64,000 bases of DNA, taken from a bacterium (lineage in GTDB: Bacteria; Krumholzibacteriota; Krumholzibacteriia; G020349025). This document shows, piece after piece, positions 37,866 through 47,860 of the stretch (positions are counted from its first letter, which is position 1; every line of letters starts with the position of its first letter). Location: positions 1 through 64,000 of the forward strand of contig JANLSU010000054.1 in NCBI GenBank assembly GCA_031362565.1. The letters run 5' to 3'. The position numbers and the translations under genes were made by a program. The notes beneath the pieces are model-generated. The model had not been told where the DNA came from. It searched no databases and saw nothing but the letters and a program-made list of their open reading frames with translations.

Positions 37866-39356
37866 ATGATCGACGCGCCGAACGGCATCGCCAAGATGTG
37901 GATCGGACACCGCGCCGTGGATGCTGTGAGCGGCGCGACGCTGGCGGTGGAGAATCCGGCGACGGAAGAGACGATCGCCACGGTGCCAAGGGGAGGCGCT
38001 GAGGATGTCGATCGGGCCGTACAGGCAGCGCGCGGCGCGCTGGCGGCTTGGCGGCGCGTTCCCGGTTTGGACAAAGCCAAGGTCCTGCACGAAATCGCGG
38101 CGCGCATTCGCGCCCGGTCGCACGAACTGGCGACGCTTCTGACGCGCGAGGGCGGCAAGCCGCTGATCGAGAATCTGGACGAGATCGAGTGGACGACGGC
38201 CTGCTTCGACTACTACGCGGAGATTGGCCGGCAGTCGCGCGGCAACTCGATCCCGCCGTCGTTCGAGCATCAGGTCAATTTCACGATCAAAGAACCATAC
38301 GGTGTCGTGGGTGCCATCGTGCCCTTCAACTATCCCCTGCTCTTGATGGCATGGAAGGTGGCGCCGGCACTCGCGGCCGGCAACACGGTCGTCCTGAAGC
38401 CCGCCGATCTGACGCCGCTGGCGACGCTGGCGCTGGCGGACGCTTTCGCCGTATTGCCGCCGGGTGTCGTCAATATCATCACGGGCATTGGCGCCGAATG
38501 CGGCGAGGCACTCGTCACGCACCGCGACGTCGACATGATCGCCTTCACCGGTTCGACGGCGGTCGGCAAACGCATCATGCGCTTGGCCGCCGACACTCTC
38601 AAGCCGGTCAATCTCGAGACGAGCGGCATCGATCCATTCATCGTCTGCGAGGATGCGGATGTCGAGATTGCGGCGCGCGGTGCGGTGTGGGCGCGGTATC
38701 TGAACGCCGGACAGGTATGCACCTCGGCCAAACGTTTCTATATCGTGGATGCCATCGCCGACCGGTTCGTCGAGCGCTTCGTGGAGTTGGCGCGCGAGGT
38801 GCGGGTCGGCGATCCGTTGCGTCCTGAAACCGACATGGGGCCGCTCATTTCGCGCCCGGCGCTCGAACGCGTCCAGGCGGCGGTGGCAACCGCGGTCGGC
38901 GAAGGCGCGCGTTTGTTGGCCGGCGGCGGCCGGATGCCCGGCATGGCGCGCGGGCATTTCTTTGCGCCGACGGTGCTGGACGGGGTGCTGCACGGCAGTT
39001 CAACGACGCGCGAAGAGATTTTCGGCCCGGTGGCCGCGATCGTCCGGGTGCGCAACGTCGAAGAGGCGATCGCTTGCGCCAACGACAGTCTGTACGGCTT
39101 GGGCGCCAATATTTATACCAAGAGCTTGCAATACGTGATGCAGGCCATGGAAGAGATCAAGGCCGGCACCTTCTGGGCGAATGACCCGTTGACGGACAAC
39201 GAGGCGGGCCCCTTCGGCGGCATGCGCCAGAGCGGCTTTGGACGTGAACTCGGCGAAGAAGGTCTCGATGCGTTCCGTGAGCCCAAGCACGTGCACATCG
39301 ACTGGCTGCAAGAGCGCAAGAGCTACTGGTTCCCGTACGCCGATCGCAAGGCGTAG
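37866..39356 (+). CDS. Aldehyde dehydrogenase with atypical LETSGIDP motif
   Basis: IVPFNYP, FTGST, GQVCTS, EEIFGP; ATG after GGGGAGG. Confidence 0.93.
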   Translation: MIDAPNGIAKMWIGHRAVDAVSGATLAVENPATEETIATVPRGGAEDVDRAVQAARGALAAWRRVPGLDKAKVLHEIAARIRARSHELATLLTREGGKPLIENLDEIEWTTACFDYYAEIGRQSRGNSIPPSFEHQVNFTIKEPYGVVGAIVPFNYPLLLMAWKVAPALAAGNTVVLKPADLTPLATLALADAFAVLPPGVVNIITGIGAECGEALVTHRDVDMIAFTGSTAVGKRIMRLAADTLKPVNLETSGIDPFIVCEDADVEIAARGAVWARYLNAGQVCTSAKRFYIVDAIADRFVERFVELAREVRVGDPLRPETDMGPLISRPALERVQAAVATAVGEGARLLAGGGRMPGMARGHFFAPTVLDGVLHGSSTTREEIFGPVAAIVRVRNVEEAIACANDSLYGLGANIYTKSLQYVMQAMEEIKAGTFWANDPLTDNEAGPFGGMRQSGFGRELGEEGLDAFREPKHVHIDWLQERKSYWFPYADRKA

Positions 39357-39378
39357 GACTTCCGAACGGAGGACGCGC

Positions 39379-40851
39379 ATGACGACGCTCCCCATGTATA
39401 TCGATGGGCAGTTCGTGACCGGCAGCGACGTGTCGCAGGACATCGTGAATCCGGCGACAGGTAAAGTCGTCGCGCGCGCCGCGCGCGCGACTGCCGGCGA
39501 AACCGCCGCCGCCATCGACGCCGCCCGCCGCGCCTTCGATTCCGGCCCGTGGCCGGCCGCCACCGCCATGAAACGCGGCCAAGTTCTGCTCGAGATTGCC
39601 CGGCGCATCCGCGACAACGCCGTCGAGCTGGCGCGGCTCGAATCCGAAAACATGGGCAAGCCGATCGTCGAATCGGAGTTCGACGTCGCCGATACCGCGA
39701 CGTGCTTCGAGTACTACGGCGGGCTCGCGACCAAGATCACCGGCGACGTGAACCCCGTGCCCGACGATGCTCTGTCGCTCACCCTCAAGGAGCCGGTGGG
39801 TGTCTGCGGCCAGATCATCCCGTGGAACTATCCGCTCTTGATGGCGGCGTGGAAGATCGCGCCGGCCTTGTGCGCCGGCTGCACGGTCGTGCTCAAGCCG
39901 GCGGAAGCGACCCCCATGACGGTGCTCGCGTTGGGGCGCATTCTCGATTCGATCGAGGATTTGCCCAAGGGTGTCGTCAATATCGTCACCGGCGATGGAC
40001 CGGTCGTGGGCGCCGCGTTGGCTTCGAGCCCGCGCGTCGACAAAGTCGCCTTCACGGGGTCAACGGCGACGGGACGCACGATCCTGCGCGCCGCGGCCGA
40101 TTCGAATCTCAAGAAGGTGACGTTGGAGCTGGGCGGCAAGTCGCCGAACATCTTCTTTGCCGACGCCGGCTGGGAAGCGGCCGTTGATGGCGCCCTGTTC
40201 GGCGTGTTCATCAATCAAGGTGAAGTGTGCTCGGCCGGATCGCGCATTTTGGTCGAGCGTTCGATCCATGCCCGGTTCGTGGAAGCCTTGGTCGAGAAAG
40301 CGCGCACGATCCGGCTGGGCGACCCGATGGATCGCGCCACCAAGATGGGCCCGCTCGTGACGGCGGCGCATCGCGCCCGGGTTCAGGGCTACGTCGAGCA
40401 GGGCAAGCGCGAAGGCGCCCGCATGGTGTTGGGTGGCAGCGGCACGTTCCCCGGCGGTGCCTTCGAACACGGTGCTTGGATGCTGCCGACGATCTTCGAC
40501 GGCGTGACGCCGGAGATGAAGATCGCCCAAGAGGAAATCTTCGGGCCGGTGGTGAGCGTGTTGCCGTTCGATGATGAAGAAGACGCGATCGCGCTCGGCA
40601 ATGCCACGGCCTACGGTTTGGCGGCCGCGGTGTGGACGCGCGACATTTTCCGCGCTTTCCGCGTCGTGCGGCGCTTACGGGCCGGCGTCGTGTGGGTGAA
40701 CCACATGCAGCCGACGTATGTCGAAGCGCCGTGGGGCGGCATGAAGATGAGCGGCGTCGGCCGCGAACTCGGCCGCTACGGCATCGAGGGCTATCTCGAG
40801 CTGAAGCAAGTGCACGTGAATTTGAGCGAAACACCGATCGGCTGGTATTGA
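39379..40851 (+). CDS. Aldehyde dehydrogenase (aminoaldehyde/betaine-aldehyde dehydrogenase-like)
   Basis: IIPWNYP, FTGST, LELGGKSP, GEVCSAG, EEIFGP; ATG after GGAGG. Confidence 0.94.
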   Translation: MTTLPMYIDGQFVTGSDVSQDIVNPATGKVVARAARATAGETAAAIDAARRAFDSGPWPAATAMKRGQVLLEIARRIRDNAVELARLESENMGKPIVESEFDVADTATCFEYYGGLATKITGDVNPVPDDALSLTLKEPVGVCGQIIPWNYPLLMAAWKIAPALCAGCTVVLKPAEATPMTVLALGRILDSIEDLPKGVVNIVTGDGPVVGAALASSPRVDKVAFTGSTATGRTILRAAADSNLKKVTLELGGKSPNIFFADAGWEAAVDGALFGVFINQGEVCSAGSRILVERSIHARFVEALVEKARTIRLGDPMDRATKMGPLVTAAHRARVQGYVEQGKREGARMVLGGSGTFPGGAFEHGAWMLPTIFDGVTPEMKIAQEEIFGPVVSVLPFDDEEDAIALGNATAYGLAAAVWTRDIFRAFRVVRRLRAGVVWVNHMQPTYVEAPWGGMKMSGVGRELGRYGIEGYLELKQVHVNLSETPIGWY

Positions 40852-40852
40852 G

Positions 40853-42184
40853 ATGAGGGCGATTCGACTCGTGACGCCGGTCCCCGGGCCCCGAAGCCAG
40901 CAACTGCTGGCGGCGCGCCGCCAGTGGGTGTCGGCCGGGGTGTCGGAAGCGCGGCACGGGGTGTTTTTCGCGCGCGGTCAGGGCGCGCGACTCGAAGACG
41001 TGGACGGCAACGTGTTTTTGGATTTCGCGGGTGGCATCGGCTGCATGAACGCCGGCCATTCGGCGCCGCGGGTCGTCGAGCGCGCCCGCGCCCAAATGGA
41101 TGCATTGCAGCATGCGTGCTTCATGGTGGCGCCGTACGAACCGTACGTGGCGTTGGCAGCCAAACTCTGCGCCATTGCACCGGGCGTGGGACCGAAAAAG
41201 GCGGCGCTTTTCACCAGTGGCGCGGAAGCGGTCGAAAACGCCGTCAAGATTGCGCGCCGTGCCACGGGCCGTCCGGCGGTGCTCGCCTTCGACCCCGGCT
41301 TCCACGGCCGCACACTGCTCGCCATGACGCTCACCAGCAAGACGACGCCGTATCGCGACGGTTTCGGCCCGTTCGCGCCGGAAGTCTATCGCTTCCCGGT
41401 TCCCGATCTCTTGCGGCGGCCGCGCGGCATGTCGGAAGACGAATGTATTGCGCGCGGCAGCGCCGATCTCCAGCGCTTCTTGAAAAGCAACGTGAATCCC
41501 GCCTCGATCGCCTGCGCCATCATCGAACCGGTTTTGGGCGAGGGCGGCTTCATCGTGCCACCGGCGGAATTCTTGCGGGGGTTGCAAGCGCTTTGTCGCG
41601 AACACGGAATTCTATTCGTCGCGGACGAAGTGCAAAGTGGGTTCGGGCGTACGGGTGCGATGTTCGCCTGCGAGCATCTCGGACTCGAACCCGATCTTGT
41701 GACGCTTGCGAAATCGCTCTCGAACGGCTTCCCGCTCGGCGCCGTCGTCGGGCGCGCCGAAGTCATGGACGCCGTTCAACCGGGCGGGTTGGGCGGCACG
41801 TTCGGCGGCAATCCGGTGGCTTGCGCGGCGGCACTCGGCGCCATCGAAACGATCGAGCAGGAAGGCCTGGTCGCTCGCGCCCAAGTCATCGGCGAAGTCG
41901 TTGGCGCACGCTTCGCCGCCTGGCGGGACCGTTTCGCATTCATCGGCGACGTGCGTGGGGTCGGCGCCATGCGCGCCCTCGAGATCGTGCGCGACCGCGA
42001 CAGCCTCGAGCCCGACAAGGCGCGCACCGAGCGCGTTGTGGATGGAGCCGCGCGCCGCGGCCTGCTGATGGTCACGGCCGGCCTGTATGGCAACGTGATT
42101 CGAACCCTCATGCCGCTCGGCATCGCGGATGATGAACTGCGCGAGGGCCTCGATGTCCTCGAAGCGTGTTTGGCGGAGGCATGA
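40853..42184 (+). CDS. gabT: 4-aminobutyrate (5-aminovalerate):2-oxoglutarate aminotransferase
   Basis: DVDGNVFLDFAGGIG, SGAEAVENAVKIAR, EPVLGEGG, DEVQSGFGRTG, LAKSL, GGTFGGNP. Confidence 0.9.
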   Translation: MRAIRLVTPVPGPRSQQLLAARRQWVSAGVSEARHGVFFARGQGARLEDVDGNVFLDFAGGIGCMNAGHSAPRVVERARAQMDALQHACFMVAPYEPYVALAAKLCAIAPGVGPKKAALFTSGAEAVENAVKIARRATGRPAVLAFDPGFHGRTLLAMTLTSKTTPYRDGFGPFAPEVYRFPVPDLLRRPRGMSEDECIARGSADLQRFLKSNVNPASIACAIIEPVLGEGGFIVPPAEFLRGLQALCREHGILFVADEVQSGFGRTGAMFACEHLGLEPDLVTLAKSLSNGFPLGAVVGRAEVMDAVQPGGLGGTFGGNPVACAAALGAIETIEQEGLVARAQVIGEVVGARFAAWRDRFAFIGDVRGVGAMRALEIVRDRDSLEPDKARTERVVDGAARRGLLMVTAGLYGNVIRTLMPLGIADDELREGLDVLEACLAEA

Positions 42185-43428
42185 GCGCGCCGCGCCAGAA
42201 ACAAATCACGCGCCGCGTCGTGATCTTGGGCGGCGCCGGTGCGATGGGGCGCATTACGATCCGCGACTTCCTGCGTACGGCGCGCGGCCGGATCGAAGTC
42301 GTGGTCGGCGATCGCGACGCGGAGGCGGCGCGCGATCTTGGCGTTGCGACGGTTGCGGTCGACGTCAACGACCCGGCCAGTTTGCGCCGGGCGCTCGACG
42401 GCGCCTTCGCGGTCATTGCGTCGCTGCCCTATCGCTTCAACGAAGCGGCGATGCAGGGCGCGCTCGCGGCGGGTGCACACTACGTCGACTTGGGCGGGCT
42501 GTTCCATATCACGCGGCGGCAATTCGCGCTGGCGCGCGACTTCGAATCCGCCGGGCTGATGGCGATTCTCGGCATGGGGTCGGCGCCGGGCATCTTGAAC
42601 ATCCTCGCCGTGCGCGGGGCCGAGGGCCTGGATCGCGTCCACGAGATTCATTGCATGGTGGGAGCCGTCGATCACACGCGTTATCGCAACGTCCCGCCAC
42701 TCGGATTCGGCTACTCGCCCGACACGCTTCTCGATGAATTCCTGATGGAGTCCGCCGTCTTTCGCGCCGGTAAGTTCCGGATGGTGCCGGCGCTCGATCC
42801 CGGCGAGCAAGTCGCGGAGCGGTTTCCCGCGCCCGTTGGCCGCGTGATGCTGCACTCGACGCTGCATTCGGAAGTCGCGATGCTGCCGCTGTCGTTTGCG
42901 GCGCGTGGCGTGCGCGAAGTGACGTTCCGGCAGGGTTTCGAACCCGAGACACTGGAACGACTGCAATTTGTCGTGCGGATGGGTCTCGCCGACACCGAGC
43001 CACTCGTGCTCGGCGCCGGCCGCGGCGGGGCACGCGGCGTAGATGCAGCCGGCGCCCCCGTCAGCCGCCGCGTCATTCCACGCGATGTGTTGAACGCGCT
43101 ATTGGCGCGCTTCCCAGCGCCCGAGCCGGTCGGCAAACAAAGCCGCTATGAAATCCTGCGCACCCGCGTCGTCGGTCTGCAAAAGGGCCGCAAGGTGTCC
43201 GTCGTCGCCGATTGTCACGCCGGCCCGCGCGCCGGTTGGGGCATCGGCCCGGATATCGATACCGGCGCGCCGCCTTCGATCGCCGTGCAGCTCTTGGCTT
43301 CCGGCGAGATGCCGGTGCGTCCCGGAGTGTGGGCCTGCGAACAAGTCGTGCCCGCCGCCCCCTTCATTCGCGAACTCGAACGCCGCGGCATGCAAGTCAA
43401 GGTGCGCCGCGAAGCCAAGCCGCGCTAA
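42181..43428 (+). CDS. Saccharopine dehydrogenase-like oxidoreductase (lysine 6-dehydrogenase / carboxynorspermidine synthase family)
   Basis: GGAGAMG Rossmann motif, HYVDLGG, GMGSAPG, HSEV, PGVWACE; ATGA overlap with gabT. Confidence 0.88.
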   Translation: MSAPRQKQITRRVVILGGAGAMGRITIRDFLRTARGRIEVVVGDRDAEAARDLGVATVAVDVNDPASLRRALDGAFAVIASLPYRFNEAAMQGALAAGAHYVDLGGLFHITRRQFALARDFESAGLMAILGMGSAPGILNILAVRGAEGLDRVHEIHCMVGAVDHTRYRNVPPLGFGYSPDTLLDEFLMESAVFRAGKFRMVPALDPGEQVAERFPAPVGRVMLHSTLHSEVAMLPLSFAARGVREVTFRQGFEPETLERLQFVVRMGLADTEPLVLGAGRGGARGVDAAGAPVSRRVIPRDVLNALLARFPAPEPVGKQSRYEILRTRVVGLQKGRKVSVVADCHAGPRAGWGIGPDIDTGAPPSIAVQLLASGEMPVRPGVWACEQVVPAAPFIRELERRGMQVKVRREAKPR

Positions 43429-43471
43429 GGCGTTGCTCTGGCCGCCATCGGGCGCGAGTTCCACCGCCTTA
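43426..43471. terminator. Long imperfect hairpin at the end of the operon
   Basis: TAAGGCG (43426-43432) pairs with CGCCTTA (43465-43471), with further internal pairing; no U-tract. Confidence 0.35.
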
Positions 43472-43582
43472 ACGCGCGTTTCGACTGCCAAGCCACCACA
43501 GGCCGCGCCGAAGCTCCGGCTTCAGTGCCCCGCAAGACGGAAAACGTCGAGACACTCTCTCGTGCCCCGATTGCCCCGCACA

Positions 43583-43707
43583 GCATTCGCCCCAGACGAG
43601 TCCGCCCTCGCCACCGGCATTGTTGTCTTGCAAGCACTCGTTCCAGAACGAGTCCGCTTCCGGTGTCGAACCTGTTGTTCTTTCCTGGGCTCGTCGGGCG
43701 AGTACAC
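43583..43707. repeat. Degenerate ~52-bp tandem repeat (about 2.5-3 units), each with a palindromic core
   Basis: GCATTCG/GCACTCG/GGGCTCG at 43583/43634/43687; CGAGTCCGC/CGAGTCCGC/CGAGTACAC at 43597/43649/43699; TGTTGT at 43621/43673. Confidence 0.6.
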
Positions 43708-43830
43708 ATCGCTTTTGGGCAAGGGCGTGCCATGACTGGGGGTGAGTCGAGAGGCTTCTGTCTCGCTTCACGGAGAGGCTGGCCACAGTGCCACGTTCGG
43801 CTTTCGCAGTGGGACCGCCGCGTGTCGGTG

Positions 43831-43843
43831 GTTTTCAAAGAGC
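43831..43843 (-). promoter_or_regulatory. boxA-like antitermination motif
   Basis: GCTCTTTGAAAAC on the minus strand, just 3' of hairpin CGGCGC-CCTGGA-GCGCCG (43865-43848). Confidence 0.55.
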
Positions 43844-43890
43844 GCGCCGGCGCTCCAGGGCGCCGATGGCTTGGCAATCGCACCGCGCTT

Positions 43891-43906
43891 CGCATTCGAC
43901 GTGCCA
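43891..43906 (-). promoter_or_regulatory. Candidate sigma54 promoter pointing into the noncoding region
   Basis: TGGCACG-TCGA-ATGCG: perfect -24 element with GG-N10-GC spacing. Confidence 0.55.
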
Positions 43907-44151
43907 TGAGTGTTGCTCGAGGAAAACGGGGCTACACCCCGGTTTGTCGAAACCTCGCGCCCGTGAATTGTCTACGGGAGAGATGGGCATCCGTCCACGA
44001 CGTTGACACGGGCACGGAGCACGAGGCGATGCCGCGGGCTCGCCACAATCAGAGCTCCGCGGGAAGTCGCTGGCCCTGCGGGCGAGGTGCTGCGACGCGA
44101 CCCGATGGACTTCCGAGGCGCCTGCAACGATGCTGCGGGCTGGGAGGCGGG

Positions 44152-45084
44152 ATGCGCTCGTCCGGGCAATGGCGTCGGTTCTTGGCTCGTCACCGGGCCA
44201 TCTCGACCGCGAGCGGGCTCGTGGTCGCGGTCGGCATCGTGGCCTTCGTGCGGCTGCCCGAGGCGTCCGGTTTTCGCGGCGCCGGCGCCGCTGCCGCTCA
44301 GCCGCTCTTGCCGCTCGCGGTCCTCGCGCACAGGCCAGCAGCACCACCCGGAAAGGTCGTCGCTTTGAGTGGCATCCGGATGTACTACGAAGAGCACGGC
44401 ACGGGTGCGGCGCTCGTGCTCTTGCACGGCGGGGCCGGCAACGGCATGCAATTCGAAAAGCAGTTGCCCGACTTCATTCCACACTATCGGTGCATCGTGC
44501 CGGATCTAACAGGCCAAGGCCGGACCACGGACCGGCCCGGGCCGCTCACGTACCACGCCATGGCGGACGACGTCGTGGCGCTGCTCGACAAACTGCATGT
44601 CGAAACCGCGGATCTCATGGGGTGGAGCGACGGCGGCGTCGTCGGCATCGACATCGCCATTCATCATCCGGAGCGGTTGCGGCATCTCGTGACGTTCGGA
44701 GCCAATTTCGCGCCCGATGGCCTGAACGCACCGGACGTCCATTGGAACCAGACGGCGACCGCCGACAGCTTCGGCCCCGGCATGCGCGAGGGTTATCAAC
44801 GGCTTTCCCCGGAACCCGCCAACTACGAACAAGTCATGAACAAGATCATTGCGCTGTGGCGCGATCAGCCGAATTTCACGCTCGAAGAGTTGCGCTCGAT
44901 TCGCACCCCGGCGCTGATCGCCGCCGGCGAACACGATGTCGTCCGCACCGACCATACCCAGGCGCTCGCGGCAGCGATTCCCGGCGCCCGCCTGTGGATC
45001 GTGCCTGGCGCCTCGCATAGCGCGATGCAAGAACAGCCGGTGCTCGTCAACAAGACGGTGCTCGAGTTCCTCGCCACGCCTTGA
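44152..45084 (+). CDS. Exported alpha/beta hydrolase
   Basis: LLHGG, GQGRT, GWSDG nucleophile elbow, GEHD, PGASH; ATG 44152 after GGGAGG; N-terminal WRRFL followed by a hydrophobic segment. Confidence 0.9.
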   Translation: MRSSGQWRRFLARHRAISTASGLVVAVGIVAFVRLPEASGFRGAGAAAAQPLLPLAVLAHRPAAPPGKVVALSGIRMYYEEHGTGAALVLLHGGAGNGMQFEKQLPDFIPHYRCIVPDLTGQGRTTDRPGPLTYHAMADDVVALLDKLHVETADLMGWSDGGVVGIDIAIHHPERLRHLVTFGANFAPDGLNAPDVHWNQTATADSFGPGMREGYQRLSPEPANYEQVMNKIIALWRDQPNFTLEELRSIRTPALIAAGEHDVVRTDHTQALAAAIPGARLWIVPGASHSAMQEQPVLVNKTVLEFLATP

Positions 45085-45090
45085 AGCGAA

Positions 45091-46209
<1,119 letters not shown>

Positions 46210-46354
46210 GAGGTCCCCTCTCGCCAAAGCGTGAGCAACGCTGGATCATAGCCTAAATCAGCTCGATCGCGGCGACCGCCTTGCGGTCCAAGGGCGCGAT
46301 GCTCAAGTATGGAGAGCGCAGTCCGCGCATCTTGCCCTGTCAACCAGTCACGGG

Positions 46355-47860
46355 GTGATAGTGAAACAAGCTCTGGCGCGAATGGCGCGACGGCCGGCGT
46401 TTCTCTGGATCGCGCTGCTCGTCCTCACGCTCTGCCACTGCGGGCGTCCCGACGCCGCGCTGCAGCGGACCGCAGTCGAGGCACCTGCAAACGCGGCCCC
46501 GAATCAGGCGTCGCCGGCGCTCGGCGCCGCCGAGATTGCATTCCTCGACACTCTCGAAGCACGCACGTTTCAATTTTTCTGGGATTGCAGTGACCCGCGC
46601 TCCGGGCTCACGCCCGACCGTTGGCCGACGCAATCGTTCGCGAGCGTCAGCGCGACGGGTTTCGCACTGACTGCATACCCCATTGGCGTCGAGCGTGGTT
46701 ATGTGTCGCGCGGCCAGGCGCGGTCGCGCGTCTTGAATACGCTGCGCTTCTTCTGGACGGCACCGCAGGACACGGCGCGGACCGGTGTACTCGGCTACCG
46801 CGGCTTCTTCTACCATTTTGTCGACCCGGCAACGGGACATCGTTTCGAGACGGTCGAGTTGTCGACCGTCGATACGGCGCTCTTCTTGGCGGGCGCGCTC
46901 TTCTGCCAGTCGTACTTCGACGGCCCGGAAGCAACCGAAGTGGCGATTCGCGCCATCACGGATTCGTTGGTGGGGCGTGCCGACTGGCAATGGGCGCAGG
47001 TGCGGCCGCCGGCGATCGGGCACGGCTGGTCGCCGGAACAAGGGGCGCTGCCCTACGACTGGCGCGGCTACAACGAAGCCACCTTGTTGTATCTGTTGGC
47101 CCTCGGTTCACCGACTCATCCGGTCGGCATCGACGCTTGGCACGAATACACCTCGCGCTACAAATGGGGCACGTTCGAGGGCCAGGAACATGTCGGCTTT
47201 GCGCCGCTTTTTGGACATCAGTACTCGCATGCGTGGATCGACTTCCGCGGCATCCAAGATGAGTTCATGCGCGGACGCGGCATCGACTATTTCGAGAATT
47301 CACGCCGCGCGACGCTGGCGCAGCGCGCTTACGGCCTGGCCAACCCGGGGAAGTGGGTGGGCTATGGGCCGAAGTTGTGGGGCCTGACGGCTTGTGACGG
47401 TCCACTAGACGGCACGCTCACGATCGCGGGGCGAGCGCGGGAATTCCACACCTATTGGGCGCGCGGCGCGTCCTTCACCGAAGTTCACGACGATGGCACC
47501 GTGTCGCCGGCAGCGGCCGGTGGCTCGATCCCGTTCGCACCGGAGGTCACGATCCCGGTGCTCATGGCCATGCGCGCGACCTACGGCGAGCACGTCTTCG
47601 GGAAGTACGGCTTCGTTGATGCACTCAATCCAACGATCGTCGACCCCACGGCGACGCACCACGGCCAAGTCGTGAAGGGGCTCGGGTGGTTCGACATCGA
47701 CTACTTGGGGATCGACCAAGGTCCAATTTTGATCATGGCGGAAAACTATCGGACCGGCCTTGTCTGGCGCACGATGCAGCGCAATCCGCATATTGTGCGT
47801 GGGCTGCGTGCGGCCGGCTTCACGGGCGGCTGGCTCGACACCGCGCCGGAGAAGCGCTGA
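46355..47860 (+). CDS. Glucoamylase-family (GH144-like) glycoside hydrolase, probable exported endo-beta-1,2-glucanase
   Basis: GLTPDR, ASVSATGF, GFFYHF, ELSTVDTA, YNEA, LFGHQYSH, WGLTACDGP, YGFVDA, YLGIDQGP, ENYR. Confidence 0.85.
   Translation: MIVKQALARMARRPAFLWIALLVLTLCHCGRPDAALQRTAVEAPANAAPNQASPALGAAEIAFLDTLEARTFQFFWDCSDPRSGLTPDRWPTQSFASVSATGFALTAYPIGVERGYVSRGQARSRVLNTLRFFWTAPQDTARTGVLGYRGFFYHFVDPATGHRFETVELSTVDTALFLAGALFCQSYFDGPEATEVAIRAITDSLVGRADWQWAQVRPPAIGHGWSPEQGALPYDWRGYNEATLLYLLALGSPTHPVGIDAWHEYTSRYKWGTFEGQEHVGFAPLFGHQYSHAWIDFRGIQDEFMRGRGIDYFENSRRATLAQRAYGLANPGKWVGYGPKLWGLTACDGPLDGTLTIAGRAREFHTYWARGASFTEVHDDGTVSPAAAGGSIPFAPEVTIPVLMAMRATYGEHVFGKYGFVDALNPTIVDPTATHHGQVVKGLGWFDIDYLGIDQGPILIMAENYRTGLVWRTMQRNPHIVRGLRAAGFTGGWLDTAPEKR

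Larger units (their letters stand above)
43430..43880 (-). ncRNA. Candidate ~450-nt sigma54-dependent structured noncoding RNA (boundaries approximate)
   Basis: sigma54 motif upstream, hairpin plus boxA at the 5' end, ~52-nt repeated hairpin units, A-rich linkers, and no convincing ORF. Confidence 0.4.

Noticed and set aside
43660..43674. tRNA T-loop-like GGTTCGACACC on the minus strand
   Set aside because: No complete T stem, cloverleaf or CCA end; tmRNA, RNase P and SRP hallmarks are also not seen.
43583..43707. CRISPR array interpretation of the repeats
   Set aside because: Units are too divergent, the inter-hairpin segments share sequence rather than being unique spacers, and no cas genes are in the window.
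43719..43732. Second sigma54-like motif TGGCACGCCCTTGC on the minus strand
   Set aside because: Spacing is GG-N9-GC, one base short of the strict requirement.
43469..43786. Short minus-strand ORFs (105 aa, 66 aa, and a 32-aa ATG ORF from 43620) in the candidate RNA region
   Set aside because: No clear RBS or recognisable motif, and the internal repeats shift frame; a small peptide cannot be fully excluded.
43525..44151. N-terminal 209-aa extension of the alpha/beta hydrolase ORF
   Set aside because: Low-complexity Arg-rich translation; an RBS and export signal support ATG 44152.
46250..46354. LacI-type operator or sigma70 promoter between the ABC ATPase and the GH144-like gene
   Set aside because: The minus-strand TTGACA has no -10 at proper spacing, and there is no convincing palindrome.
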